64,000 bases of DNA, taken from an uncultured virus (IMG/VR IMGVR_UViG_3300035696_000033) (Duplodnaviria; Heunggongvirae; Uroviricota; Caudoviricetes). The notes under the pieces were generated by a model. It did no database searches and had not been told where the DNA came from. It worked only from the letters and a program-made list of their open reading frames with translations. The position numbers were made by a program, and so were the translations under genes. The DNA lies in the IMG/VR virus record IMGVR_UViG_3300035696_000033. One strand, given 5' to 3'. Shown piece by piece: positions 1-10,208 of the stretch (position 1 is the stretch's first letter; each line of letters begins with the position of its first letter).

Positions 1-346
1 CTGGCCGCCCCCAAAATCAGCGGAAGGAAAATTGGATCATGAACCTGTCAAATTTTGATGAGACTGAAAAGGGTATAACCCAAAGTTACACCCTTGAGAG
101 AACAATTTCTTTGCAGGGAGGTGTAGACGTCCGGCGCGCAATAGCGCGGCGGTTGCGGGTGTTCCGCTCCGAGCAAATCCCGGCCACAAGGTATGACACA
201 AATTGCCAACCCTTGGATATTTGAGCACGCCCACACGCAAAGATTCCGCCAGGTGATGACGCCAAAAACAACAACAAACTCATGTCTCGCATCACCGCGC
301 CCCCGCCTGTTTGCGGGGGCGGCGGAAAAATCTCAAAGGACAAAAC

Positions 347-1159
347 ATGAATGAAAAGAATGACGGGCTTCCAAGGCTTTTGCTGCACCGGCCGCTCTGC
401 GTGATTGACATCGAGACGACGGGCCTGGATGTCGCGAACGACCGCATCCTGACGCTGGCGATCCTACGGATTGAGCCGCCCGATTTGTTCAGCCCGGAAC
501 AGCGCGAAACGCGCAAGACGTGGATGGTGAATCCGTGCCAGATGATTCCACCCGACTCGACGCGCATCCATGGCATCACCGATGACATGGTGAAAGATTG
601 TCCGCCGTTTAAAGCCGTCGCGGCGGAAATCCGCGCGATGCTTTCCGACGCGGATTTGTGCGGCTACAACCTGCGCAACTTCGACGTGCCGCTGTTGTGG
701 GAGGAATTTTACAGGGCGCAAATCGAGTGGGCGACGGACGGCATAAAGGTGGTGGACGCCTCGGAAATTTTCCGCAAGCAGGAGCCGCGCACACTGACGG
801 CCGCCGTGAAAAAATTCTGCGGGCGCGAGCACGGCGACGCGCACGAGGCGATGGCGGACGTGGAAGCGACATGGGACGTCCTGCACGGCCAGCTCGCGAC
901 GTATCCCGAGCTGGCAAAGATGAACGTCGCGGCGCTCGCCGAATTTTCCAGCATGGATGAATATGAGGGCCGTCCCGCCAAGCGGCTCGACCTGTCGGGC
1001 TACATCATTGAGGACGCGGACGGCATCGCGCGCTACACGCTCAAGAAGGTGCGCGGAGTGGCCGTTGCCGACGATCCGGGTTTTGGTAAATGGATGCTGC
1101 GCAGCTCGTTCCCGATGAACACCTGCAGGGTTGTCAGCAAACTTCTGGAGAATCTGTGA
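347..1159 (+). CDS. DEDDh 3'-5' exonuclease (DNA polymerase III epsilon-like)
   Basis: ExoI VIDIETTG, ExoII YNLRNFD, ExoIII HEAMADV; AAGGA before ATG 347. Confidence 0.9.
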   Translation: MNEKNDGLPRLLLHRPLCVIDIETTGLDVANDRILTLAILRIEPPDLFSPEQRETRKTWMVNPCQMIPPDSTRIHGITDDMVKDCPPFKAVAAEIRAMLSDADLCGYNLRNFDVPLLWEEFYRAQIEWATDGIKVVDASEIFRKQEPRTLTAAVKKFCGREHGDAHEAMADVEATWDVLHGQLATYPELAKMNVAALAEFSSMDEYEGRPAKRLDLSGYIIEDADGIARYTLKKVRGVAVADDPGFGKWMLRSSFPMNTCRVVSKLLENL

Positions 1160-1338
1160 ACGAGCTTTTTTACCATACGATCGCGTTGTCTGGCGGCGGG
1201 TTTAGACGGGAGGTTCGTCGTCACGACGGAAGGGTTTATGACGGGCCGTTGAAGCCTTTTGTTGTTCCGTTCACCTCACCCCGGCCCGCTCCCCATTGCT
1301 CCGCCCACTCAACGCGGAGAGGGAGGAGGCGCGCGTGA
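1156..1338 (+). CDS. Small hypothetical protein
   Basis: GTGA overlaps with both neighbours (1156-1159, 1335-1338) suggest translational coupling. Confidence 0.5.
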   Translation: MNELFYHTIALSGGGFRREVRRHDGRVYDGPLKPFVVPFTSPRPAPHCSAHSTRRGRRRA

Positions 1339-2960
1339 ACGACTTCAACGCAGTGCGGGCGAAGATTGGTGGCTTGAAGGGCGTCATGCAAAAGATGGGC
1401 GACGCCCCACCGTTTGACCACAAATGGAAGTCCATGCCGGCGTGCCCGTTTTGTGGCGCCAAGGAAAAGGCGGGGGTGTTCCACAAGGGTGACACGGACT
1501 TTTTCAAATGCCACGCGCCCGGCTGTTCGAGTGGCAATGAGTGCATGGCGGAGGTCGGCTACATTGCGGCGCGCAAGGGGTTGAGCATGGACAAGCCGGC
1601 GACCGGGGGACCGAGCCCGGCTTATAAGTTCTTTCTGGAACTGGCGGGGTGCTATGAGGAGCCGAAACAGAAGCCCCAAGCCCCAAACCCAAGGCCGACG
1701 GATCTGGACGATGAACAAATTATTTTGAAGTCCATTGAAATTATTTCGAGAGAGCGCAAGGTCAGCGTGTTGCTATTGAAGCAATGGTTACAACTGGGTC
1801 AATCCAACGCCGAGCGCATCATAGGCGAGCTTGAAAAGCGCGGCGTCATCGGGCCGGCGAAGGCGTCCAAACCGCGCGAAATTCTGATTCCAGAAAAACC
1901 AGAGCCGCCGGAGAGGGAAGCGCCGGAGAGGGAAGAGCCTGTCTTGCCGAATCCGGTCCTTCCATCAGAAGTGACGCCGCCGCCGATTCCCCTGGAAGAT
2001 CGTCCGACACTCCCCAGCGAGCCGGCGCCTGAAGCGGGAAAGAAGGACGCGTCTGACGGGCCGGCGGGTCGGATCGTGTTGGAAGATTTTTATTCGCAGC
2101 TTTCCCTCTCCCGGGAGGATGCGGGGATGTTGCGGGTCAAACGCGGGCTGTTTGACGACACGTGCCGGCGCCTTGGATTTGTGTCCAGCCCGGTTGAGAA
2201 CAAGGATAAATTGCTGGGCTTGCAGGAAAAGCACGCGGCGGATGAGCTGCTGGAGTCGGGCTTGTTTCTGCCGGAGGACAAGAAGCGCAAGAAAGAATTC
2301 CGTCCCAACAGCCAGTTCTACGGAATGGGCCAAAAGGCCAAGAAGCCCAAGGAGGATCGCAAGCACAAGGATGACCGGTGGGTTTGGGGCATGACACACC
2401 CGGTCCTCATCCCCTACTTCGACGAGGCTGGACGGCTTCTAAAACTGCGGCCGCACAAGGGCGGCGCGCCGGGGAACACGCTTTCGGGAGCGACTAGAAT
2501 TTATGTCCCGCGCGATTACAAGCTGGCAGCAGACGTGGTGGAAACCTTTCCCGCCGCGGTGATCACCGAGGGTGAGTTCAAGGCGGCGGCGCTGTGGCAG
2601 GTGCTGGGTGGCGGGCGCGATGACATCGAGGATATCGGATATCCGTGGGGTGTGTGCGCCGTCCCGGGAATCAATTTTGGAAACAATTACGACCTGCGCG
2701 CGGGATTGGATGAATGGCTGCAGTCCGTGCAGTGCCGGCAGGTGGTGGTGGCATTTGACGATCAGGACAAATCGGGGCGTCCAATGCGCGAGCGGCACGA
2801 GGCGTTGATCTGGGCGCGGTTTCTCGCGTGCGACCTGGCGCGCACGCTGCACATCAAGGCCAAGGTGCTTGTGCTGGCGACCGAGTGGCGGGACGACAAT
2901 GGAAAGGCGGATTGGGACGGGGCGCTGGCAATGATGCTGGCGGGGAAAATCAAGGTTTAG
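1335..2960 (+). CDS. Zn-finger/TOPRIM DNA primase with inserted FtsK-gamma-like winged helix
   Basis: CPFC..CHAPGC zinc finger; TOPRIM VITEGEFKA, VAFDDQD, KADWD; GGAGGAGG before GTG 1335. Confidence 0.8.
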   Translation: MNDFNAVRAKIGGLKGVMQKMGDAPPFDHKWKSMPACPFCGAKEKAGVFHKGDTDFFKCHAPGCSSGNECMAEVGYIAARKGLSMDKPATGGPSPAYKFFLELAGCYEEPKQKPQAPNPRPTDLDDEQIILKSIEIISRERKVSVLLLKQWLQLGQSNAERIIGELEKRGVIGPAKASKPREILIPEKPEPPEREAPEREEPVLPNPVLPSEVTPPPIPLEDRPTLPSEPAPEAGKKDASDGPAGRIVLEDFYSQLSLSREDAGMLRVKRGLFDDTCRRLGFVSSPVENKDKLLGLQEKHAADELLESGLFLPEDKKRKKEFRPNSQFYGMGQKAKKPKEDRKHKDDRWVWGMTHPVLIPYFDEAGRLLKLRPHKGGAPGNTLSGATRIYVPRDYKLAADVVETFPAAVITEGEFKAAALWQVLGGGRDDIEDIGYPWGVCAVPGINFGNNYDLRAGLDEWLQSVQCRQVVVAFDDQDKSGRPMRERHEALIWARFLACDLARTLHIKAKVLVLATEWRDDNGKADWDGALAMMLAGKIKV

Positions 2961-2965
2961 CAGAC

Positions 2966-3163
2966 ATGAACACAGATGCCGTAAAGTTTCAACTCGGGCA
3001 AATGGTTTACTACAAGCCGAAGCCGGAACGGGTCGGCATTGTCAGCTGCATACATTTTTCAGAGTCGGGGGTTCGCTACACGGTAAGCTGGGACGACTTT
3101 CAAGACCGTTCCCACTATGCAATTGAACTCACTGCGGAAAAGAATTTTGCGGTCAATGAGTGA
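2966..3163 (+). CDS. Small hypothetical protein (SH3-like beta fold possible)
   Basis: KFQLGQMVYYK pattern; tight packing between neighbours. Confidence 0.6.
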   Translation: MNTDAVKFQLGQMVYYKPKPERVGIVSCIHFSESGVRYTVSWDDFQDRSHYAIELTAEKNFAVNE

Positions 3164-3714
3164 TTAAAATGAAAAAAAACGAAAGAAGGGGCGACTATGT
3201 TACCACCTACACCTGCAAAAAGTTCTGGCCCCTCGATCCGCAACCACGGGATGTTTGTGTGCGCGATATCGCGCATCACCTGTCGCTCATCTGCCGTTTT
3301 GGTGGAGCGGTGCGGACGCATTACTCCGTCGCGCAGCACTCGCTCATCGTCGCGGACATCCTGCCGCCGCGTTTGAAACTGCGCGGCCTGCTGCATGACG
3401 CCACGGAAGCCTACATCGGCGACATGGTGTCCCCACTCAAGCGCTTCATGCCTGAATACCGCGAGGTTGAGGGCCGGATCTGGGCGGCCATTGTCGCGCG
3501 GTTTGGGTTGCCGGAAACCACAGACACGGAAAAGGCGGAAATCAAGCGGGCGGACAACATTGCGCTGGTGACGGAGCGCCGCGACCTGCTGTTGAATTTT
3601 CCATATACATGGTCGGTGACCGAAACCCCGCTGGCCGCGCCCATTGCGCCGATGACTGCCCGTGAAGCGGAAATAAAATTCCTGGAAACCTTTGACGAAC
3701 TCTCCGTGTTATGA
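3160..3714 (+). CDS. HD-domain phosphohydrolase (YfbR/YfdR-like 5'-deoxynucleotidase)
   Basis: DIAHHLSLICRFGG, YSVAQHS, LLHDATEAYIGD motifs. Confidence 0.85.
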   Translation: MIKMKKNERRGDYVTTYTCKKFWPLDPQPRDVCVRDIAHHLSLICRFGGAVRTHYSVAQHSLIVADILPPRLKLRGLLHDATEAYIGDMVSPLKRFMPEYREVEGRIWAAIVARFGLPETTDTEKAEIKRADNIALVTERRDLLLNFPYTWSVTETPLAAPIAPMTAREAEIKFLETFDELSVL

Positions 3715-3899
3715 GCCGCCCCAAAGAAAAAATGATTCTCGAGGAAAAACTGCGAGAGATGGAGGAACACTTCAACCGGCTTTCCTACCGCAATGCCATC
3801 CGGCAGGTGTCGGTGGAAATTGAAGGACGCACGCCAGCCCACAAACATGCGCCCTGTGCGGGCCGGGATTTTTCAGCGCCCATCACCTCCTCCATTTGA
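3711..3899 (+). CDS. Small hypothetical protein
   Basis: ATGA overlap with the HD gene; coiled-coil-like N-terminus. Confidence 0.45.
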   Translation: MSRPKEKMILEEKLREMEEHFNRLSYRNAIRQVSVEIEGRTPAHKHAPCAGRDFSAPITSSI

Positions 3900-3906
3900 T
3901 GCGCCA

Positions 3907-6420
3907 ATGGACAACGAAACTGACAACGCAACCGACAAGCCGGATCAGGAATTGCTGCGGCGCATCCGCTGTGCCTGGGAAAAAGACCTGAAGTTAAGAT
4001 CGGTTGAGGCGAACAGTTTCTGGCAACTCAAGCTGTTTGGCGAGACGGAGGAGGACTTCATCCGCAAGGAGGTTGAGCGCAAGCTCTACATCCCGGAGCT
4101 TCCGAACGGTGGCGACAAGGAGCGCCGCATTGTCGAGCGCTTGAAAAAAGTCTCGCGGATGAAGGATTTCGCGGACGCGTGGCGCGCCGGCGTGATGTTG
4201 AAAAGGTGGTTGGCGGTGCTTCCGGAAGATCCGCGCAACGCCGGCCACTATTACACGCGCACGCCAATGACACCCCGCACGGACAAGGAGGATTTTGACT
4301 GGTTCCATGAACGGCTCAACGCGGCGAAGGTTGCGAGGGATTGGGACAAGAAATGGTTTTATGAACTGCTCCTCGACGGGCCGCCGAAACCGTGCTCCAA
4401 CTTTGACATCCGCTGCCTGTTCCTGTTGAACTGCGCCGACGGCGACATCCAGCGCCTGGTGCTGCTCCACAATGACGTGGGTGAGACCGCGGGGCCGGTG
4501 AACATGGACTGCGAGGCGTTCCACGCGCCGCAGAAATTCCGCAAGTGGTGTCTTGCGCGCGGCAACTTCAACTGGGGGGGCGGCGAGAAAGAGCTGCAGA
4601 AACTGCACAACGACATCGGGCGGCTTGCCGCGTGGCGCGTCGTCAACCAGGTCGTCACGCTCGGCTGGCTGCCGCTGGTTCTTGCGGGGGCGGACGGACA
4701 AAGGGCGTCCGTGCGAACCGCAAACGGCTGCGTGGCGTGCGACGGCATCTGGTTTTTTGGCGACGCGGTGCGGGCCAACGGCGTGGGGCCGGACGGCGAG
4801 CCGGTGGATGAGTGGCTACAGCCGGACGCCGACGGCATCTACTGGCACCGGATGGTTGACAAGGAAACCGGCGAGCTGGTGGACCGCGGCTATCTGCTGT
4901 CGGACACCGGGTGGGAGGGGCCGATAAAGGTGCCTTTCTACCAAAACAAGCCAATGCTTTATCCAGGCTGGCGGATCGCGGACCTGCCATTGGAACTTGC
5001 CCCGTGCCCGGAACTGAATTTCCCCGGCACACAGAAGGGGGAACAGAACAAAGAACTGGGTGTGGATGGGGAAAAAGAGCGGCTGTTGCTGTCGGTTTTC
5101 TTCCGTGAGTTTTGCCAGCACATGCTGAACGCGGTGGGCGGAGAGGAATCCAAACTGCTCATTGGCGGTTATCTGGCGTATGCGGCGGCGCCGGAGATTT
5201 ACGCGCAACACAGCCTGTTCCCCGGCCTGTGGGTGCACGGCCAGGCCAACTCCGGCAAGTCCACCATTGTGGAACTGCTCATGGAAATCTGGGGCTTCTC
5301 GCTGCCGAGCGGCCTGATGTTGAAAGGCAACCTGGTGTCGGCGGTCGGCCTGTCGCAGGCCACGGCGCAATATTCCAACCTGCCGGTATGGGCGGATGAA
5401 TACATCAATGGCGAAGTGGACGACGACAAGATGAGCGTGCTTCACGCGGGATACAACCGCCAGACGCCGGCCAAGTTCAACGCGTCCGGATTCCGAAGGA
5501 TGATGCGGACCAACTTTGTGGTGAGCGGTGAAAGCACCTCGACGAAGGCGGCGATGCGATCGCGCTTCCCCCACATCCAGATGGCGGCGACCCGCCGCAA
5601 GGGGACGCCGGATGAACAGAAGGAAAATTTCCAGTGGCTGCTGCGGCACCGGAAATATTTCCACGTGTTCGGCCGGTTTGTGATCGAGCATCGCCGCGAG
5701 TTTGTTCGTCTGGTGCAGACCACCATGGAGAGCTGGGGCCACGAGGACATTGACACGCGCCTGCGCATCATGCATGGCGTGGGCTATGCGGCGTGGATGG
5801 CGATGGTGGGCCTGCTGCAGAGCCATACCTCCGGGGAGGTTGGGATGTTCAAGCAATACCTCATCGGCCACAGCCGGCGGGCACAGGACGACGTGCAGAG
5901 CGACCACAACATCAACGTTTTTATTGAAGAGCTGGTGACGGCCGCGAAGATGGATGCGATTCCATGGACGTGTTTCAAGGTGCTGGAGAAGCACGCGCCC
6001 CATGCGCCGGGTGCGCCGGGGCAGCCGAGGTGGACGGAATATACTTTACTGATTGATCCGGACCCGACGCTTGCGTCCTTGAACATCTGGCTGACCAAAC
6101 AGCGCCAGATGCTGCCATTGAAGCGGACGGACCTGCGCGATCAATTGAGCCGGTGTGATTATTGGTATGAGCTACCAGACGATGTCAAAGGCAAAAAGCG
6201 GTATCTCATCGTCCGGTTTGGGGCGGGCAGCAGCACGACGCTGGCGTGGGGAATCAACGCCGACAAGCATCCGCTCGGCTACCGACAGGTTTCGGACGAG
6301 GAGTTTGACGCCTATCTCGCCAACAACAGTGGCGGCGACCCGCGCAAGGGCCCGCTGTTCACGCTGATTGAGTGGGTGCTGGAGGAGCAGCGCAAGGCCA
6401 GCGCAAACGAAGACTACTAA
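3907..6420 (+). CDS. Primase-associated P-loop NTPase/replicative helicase
   Basis: Walker A GQANSGKST, Walker B PVWADEY, VVSGES..MRSR sensor/arginine-finger-like segment; downstream of primase. Confidence 0.75.
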   Translation: MDNETDNATDKPDQELLRRIRCAWEKDLKLRSVEANSFWQLKLFGETEEDFIRKEVERKLYIPELPNGGDKERRIVERLKKVSRMKDFADAWRAGVMLKRWLAVLPEDPRNAGHYYTRTPMTPRTDKEDFDWFHERLNAAKVARDWDKKWFYELLLDGPPKPCSNFDIRCLFLLNCADGDIQRLVLLHNDVGETAGPVNMDCEAFHAPQKFRKWCLARGNFNWGGGEKELQKLHNDIGRLAAWRVVNQVVTLGWLPLVLAGADGQRASVRTANGCVACDGIWFFGDAVRANGVGPDGEPVDEWLQPDADGIYWHRMVDKETGELVDRGYLLSDTGWEGPIKVPFYQNKPMLYPGWRIADLPLELAPCPELNFPGTQKGEQNKELGVDGEKERLLLSVFFREFCQHMLNAVGGEESKLLIGGYLAYAAAPEIYAQHSLFPGLWVHGQANSGKSTIVELLMEIWGFSLPSGLMLKGNLVSAVGLSQATAQYSNLPVWADEYINGEVDDDKMSVLHAGYNRQTPAKFNASGFRRMMRTNFVVSGESTSTKAAMRSRFPHIQMAATRRKGTPDEQKENFQWLLRHRKYFHVFGRFVIEHRREFVRLVQTTMESWGHEDIDTRLRIMHGVGYAAWMAMVGLLQSHTSGEVGMFKQYLIGHSRRAQDDVQSDHNINVFIEELVTAAKMDAIPWTCFKVLEKHAPHAPGAPGQPRWTEYTLLIDPDPTLASLNIWLTKQRQMLPLKRTDLRDQLSRCDYWYELPDDVKGKKRYLIVRFGAGSSTTLAWGINADKHPLGYRQVSDEEFDAYLANNSGGDPRKGPLFTLIEWVLEEQRKASANEDY

Positions 6421-6421
6421 A

Positions 6422-6673
6422 ATGAAAAATCCCAAATTCCATTTGCAGATGAAAGATCTGCGGACGGACTCCGGAGAACGATGGACGGTGGGGCGGATCG
6501 CGGAAACCATCTACGTCAGCCGATCCAGGCTGAACGACGTGTTGAACAACAAGTCGGGGCAGGGCGGACTGACGCGGTCCAAGGTCGTCAAGTTCTTCGG
6601 AAAACACCTCCCGGAACAAAAATCACAACTGCTGGCCGCGCTGGGGTGGGACGATCACGGGAGGCTGGTTTAG
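6422..6673 (+). CDS. HTH DNA-binding protein (Cro/XRE-like)
   Basis: WTVGRIAETIYVSRSRLNDVLN helix-turn-helix pattern. Confidence 0.7.
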   Translation: MKNPKFHLQMKDLRTDSGERWTVGRIAETIYVSRSRLNDVLNNKSGQGGLTRSKVVKFFGKHLPEQKSQLLAALGWDDHGRLV

Positions 6674-6725
6674 TTGCACTGTGAAACAATGTTCCACGTA
6701 GAACCGAAAGTTACACTATGGAACA
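6674..6725. promoter_or_regulatory. parS-like palindrome with flanking half sites
   Basis: TGTTCCACGTAGAACC at 6690-6705 matches TGTTCCACGTGGAACA at 14/16; GTGAAACA (6681-6688) and TGGAACA (6719-6725) nearby. Confidence 0.4.
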
Positions 6726-7323
6726 AATAAAACTCATCGGCACCTGTCAAATTTGCGGACGCGCCTTCGTTTATTATGTAACCGCCGATAGGCGTCCGAA
6801 GCTGCGGAGGCGCTGCCCCTACCATCACTGGAAGAAAAAGAACGCCATCAAGAAGGCATACAACGACGCCGTCCGCAATAAAAAGCCGGGCGAGTTAAAG
6901 CTCGTCGGGAAATATTCACGACACAGCAATGTAACCGGGGTCATCAAGAAGTCCCACGCGGAAATCGCCCGCGCCCTCAACATGAAGAGGCACGAGGTTG
7001 AGGACCTGGAGCGCAGCGCCACGTTAAAAATACGCAACAATCCAGAATTAAAAAAACTGTGGTCCAGCTTGAAAGAGGTTCTTGCGGACGGCTGTCAGGA
7101 GAACGGACTGGCGGCCCTGCAGGGACTGATTACGGACGAGCGCGAACAGGGAATGCGGCTGCTCGAATATCAGGCGGGCGTGGTGGAATTCTGGGAGGAG
7201 CACGACCGGATCGTTGAGGAAATGGAAAAGACGGGGCGCGATTGTTCTTCTGAAACGGTGGAGTGCCTGAACGAGATTCAAAGGTTCCAGCAAAAAATCG
7301 CCGAAGCCATTAGCCGGCTTTGA
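6718..7323 (+). CDS. Putative late transcription regulator (Zn ribbon plus sigma-70 region 4-like HTH)
   Basis: CQICG..CPYH; KSHAEIARALNMKRHEVEDLERSATLKIR resembles sigma region 4.2. Confidence 0.6.
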   Translation: MEQIKLIGTCQICGRAFVYYVTADRRPKLRRRCPYHHWKKKNAIKKAYNDAVRNKKPGELKLVGKYSRHSNVTGVIKKSHAEIARALNMKRHEVEDLERSATLKIRNNPELKKLWSSLKEVLADGCQENGLAALQGLITDEREQGMRLLEYQAGVVEFWEEHDRIVEEMEKTGRDCSSETVECLNEIQRFQQKIAEAISRL

Positions 7324-7361
7324 GCAACGTTCCCCGAAATAAAACCAAACCGGGCTAAGAT
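7323..7361 (+). promoter_or_regulatory. Phage late-promoter motif copy 1
   Basis: AGCAACGTTCCCCGAAATAAAACCAAACCGGGCTAAGAT; TCCCCG-N19-TAAGAT. Confidence 0.75.
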
Positions 7362-7370
7362 GTCTGCCAG

Positions 7371-10208
7371 ATGTCAAACATTGTCGTAACTGTTGGTTCC
7401 CCGCCGAGGGGATCGGGGCAGCAGGCGGCCAAGGTAATCCAGGCGCAGTCCATGCGCGGTTCCATTGCGTGGGGAGGATCGCCCTCGACCGCGACGCTGG
7501 TTTATCCCGGCAGCAGCATCGGCGCCGGCATCAGCGCCGGATCGCTCGTGACCATAGGAATTGGGGCGATGCAATTCTGCGGGCTGTGCCAGTCAGACGT
7601 CGCGGTGGACGATTCACGCGGCTACCTGCGCGAGCTGCAGTTTGTTGACCTGCGCGAATTTCTGAAGTGGGATTACGTCAAGTGCTCATTCAACAACCCG
7701 ATGCGCAAGCTGGTTAACGGCGTGTGGCAGAAACGTTATTGGCACATCTACCCCACGGATTACGACGCGTTCACAAAGACGTGGACGGATTATCCGCTGC
7801 CCGCGTGGCAAATCCTTACCGCCATCTTGAGCGCGCCGACCATTGGCTCCCCGTGGACGTGGGATTTGACGGGCAACAGCCAGTTCCCCGACGGTTTGAT
7901 GAACCAGCCGGTGTTTGCGCTGGACTATCTTCAAGGGGTGCGGCTGGATGCCGCGCTCAACGACATCTCTGAACGCGGGGGCCTGGTGTTCACGCTGGAT
8001 CCGAGACCGCTCCATCCCTACCGCCTTGTCTGGACACGCAAGGGGTATGGAATGATTCCCGTGCTGCCGCCGTTCGGCTGGCCTGAAAATGCAGACAGCC
8101 GCCGCCTGGGCTACGCCTTGAGCGGCAACGCCACCAACATCAACGTGCTGGGCGAACGCAACCGATATACGGTATTGAACCTGCCGCTGACGCCGGACTG
8201 GAACCGGGCGTGGGAACAGTTTCTGGTGCCAGACACGCTCTATCTTGACATCTTCGAAAACGAGAAAAACCCAGACGACGTGCCCTATAACGATTATCCA
8301 GACGACCCGGAACACTGGATCGGGGCGAACGAGGCACACGCCCGGGCGCTGGCGGTCACGGTGGGGGAATATGTCAACCTTCGAAACGCGCGCCCGTCCG
8401 CCGACGGGGGGCAGTTCACCGACCTTAAAAAGTTTGCGGGCCGGTCGCGGATGGACATGCCGGCGGCGCTTTACATTTCCGAGCTGGTGTTTCGAGCCTA
8501 TCGCCCCAACCCGGCCCCGGTGGTGACGGGTCCGGGCAGGGCGGCGGTGGGCATCACAAACATCAATGGGGCCGTGATACCGCTGGACTCGGTGGCGATT
8601 GCGGACGCGCAAAGCTGTCGGGTGGACTACGATCCGGCGACCGGCGAGATGACCGCCGACACCACGCAACTGGTGGATGGCAACGGCGTGGTGCTGGTGC
8701 AGGGCGCACTGTTCGGGCAGGACCTGTTTCAACTGGTGCAGCCGGAGCGGGTATCTTCGGTTTTCTTCTCGGTGAACACACGGCCGTGGACGGCGGTGGG
8801 ATTTCAGGTGGACGATTCCGGGGATGGAACGCGGTTCATTGTGCTGGAGCAGCCGGCATTCACCTCGGAAAACCTGCTTACAACGGTTGGCGGATTTGTG
8901 GTGATGAACGCGCAGGCGACATTGAATCCGGCTGGTGCGATCGGGGCGCTCACGTTCGAGGCGGAGCCGTTCAGCTATTGGAAGGGCACATGGCCGAATG
9001 TCAGCCGCGACAAGGTGGAGTTCGTCTCCGGCCTGTTCGCGGAATATGTGGGAACCGGGGAAGTGCTGGCCACCAGCCCGAAGGTGGAGATTGACTATGA
9101 AGAAATCACCTTTGCCAACGGGGAGACGGCGGCGCAGCAGGCGGACACCATTGCGGCCAACCTGCTCCTGTGCCAATACATTTACATCATGGGCGGCTAC
9201 AGGCTGGTCTGGCAGCCCAAGAACCCGCTGGCGAAGTTCGGGCAGTTCCTGACGAGCATCATTGACCGCGTGAACATCGAGGTCAGCACCGGCGGCGTGA
9301 TTGCGATGGTGGACTTTACGACGGAACGCGACCGGGATCATTTTGAGCCGGAGCGGGACCTGGAGCGGCGCACCCTGCAGAACACCCTGTTCCCCGGGCA
9401 GGCGCAGCTCCGTGCGCAGGCACTGGACTACAAGCGGTTTGCCGCGGCCATCAAGGCCACGCCGCGGGCGGTGTTCAACCAGTTTGTTGAATTTCTCAAG
9501 GGCAACTTTGTTCCCGGCAACGTGGTGGACACCGCCTACGACCCGACGGGAACAGCGCCGATTCCCGCCGGCGCACTGGTGGCGGTGGGAACGCCGCTGT
9601 TCAAGCAGCCGGTGAACGCGGCGACCGCGCCGCCGACGCACACGCTGGCGACGTTCCCGCCGAACATTGTGCCGACGGTGGACGACATTTTTCTTGGCGT
9701 CACCACGACGCACAATCAGAACGCCAACGGCCGCCTGTATGTGCAGCAGGACGGCGAGGCGTTGTGCTGGGTGCAGGGACCGGTTGCGGCGAACGACCCG
9801 GTGGGGGCCTCCACGGCGATGGTGATTGATAAAAACGGCGTCAGTCCCGGCGGATCCGGATATATCACCACCTATGCCTACACCAACCAGAACGGCTCAT
9901 GCTGGCTGGTGGGGTCCCCGGCGCAAGCGGTCGGCACCGCGTTGCAACCCGTTGCGGACAGCAACGTGCATCTGATCAAGGTCAACCTCGGCGGCGGCGG
10001 TGGTGACGGCACGGATGCCAGCGGTTTTAATTATCGCGGGATGTTCAACCCGGTTCCGACCAGCCCTTACATGACGTTCGACGTGGTGCAGCTCGGCGCC
10101 GGCACAGCAGCGGGGATGTATCTCTCGACGATTGACAATAATCCGAACAGTCCTGACACGGGCATCGGATGGACTCAAATCTCATCCTCGGCAGGCACAT
10201 GGCTGTAG
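7371..10208 (+). CDS. Putative tail tip/baseplate hub protein
   Basis: 945 aa, behind the late-promoter motif, C-terminal FNYRGMFNP..YMTFDVV virion-type motif. Confidence 0.55.
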   Translation: MSNIVVTVGSPPRGSGQQAAKVIQAQSMRGSIAWGGSPSTATLVYPGSSIGAGISAGSLVTIGIGAMQFCGLCQSDVAVDDSRGYLRELQFVDLREFLKWDYVKCSFNNPMRKLVNGVWQKRYWHIYPTDYDAFTKTWTDYPLPAWQILTAILSAPTIGSPWTWDLTGNSQFPDGLMNQPVFALDYLQGVRLDAALNDISERGGLVFTLDPRPLHPYRLVWTRKGYGMIPVLPPFGWPENADSRRLGYALSGNATNINVLGERNRYTVLNLPLTPDWNRAWEQFLVPDTLYLDIFENEKNPDDVPYNDYPDDPEHWIGANEAHARALAVTVGEYVNLRNARPSADGGQFTDLKKFAGRSRMDMPAALYISELVFRAYRPNPAPVVTGPGRAAVGITNINGAVIPLDSVAIADAQSCRVDYDPATGEMTADTTQLVDGNGVVLVQGALFGQDLFQLVQPERVSSVFFSVNTRPWTAVGFQVDDSGDGTRFIVLEQPAFTSENLLTTVGGFVVMNAQATLNPAGAIGALTFEAEPFSYWKGTWPNVSRDKVEFVSGLFAEYVGTGEVLATSPKVEIDYEEITFANGETAAQQADTIAANLLLCQYIYIMGGYRLVWQPKNPLAKFGQFLTSIIDRVNIEVSTGGVIAMVDFTTERDRDHFEPERDLERRTLQNTLFPGQAQLRAQALDYKRFAAAIKATPRAVFNQFVEFLKGNFVPGNVVDTAYDPTGTAPIPAGALVAVGTPLFKQPVNAATAPPTHTLATFPPNIVPTVDDIFLGVTTTHNQNANGRLYVQQDGEALCWVQGPVAANDPVGASTAMVIDKNGVSPGGSGYITTYAYTNQNGSCWLVGSPAQAVGTALQPVADSNVHLIKVNLGGGGGDGTDASGFNYRGMFNPVPTSPYMTFDVVQLGAGTAAGMYLSTIDNNPNSPDTGIGWTQISSSAGTWL

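Noticed and set aside
69..320. Structured ncRNA or riboswitch in the leader (hairpins at 69-95 and 299-320)
   Set aside because: Hairpins are present, but I could not match a known RNA family by eye; an Rfam search is needed
3160..3714. DatZ of a Z-genome (2-aminoadenine) pathway
   Set aside because: No PurZ or MazZ recognisable in the window; motifs fit the ordinary YfdR-like HD family
7686..9713. Long antisense ORFs (also 28661-30352, 30804-32468, 58076-60118, 15024-16418)
   Set aside because: Shadow frames of high-GC genes with Arg/His-rich low-information translations and no motifs
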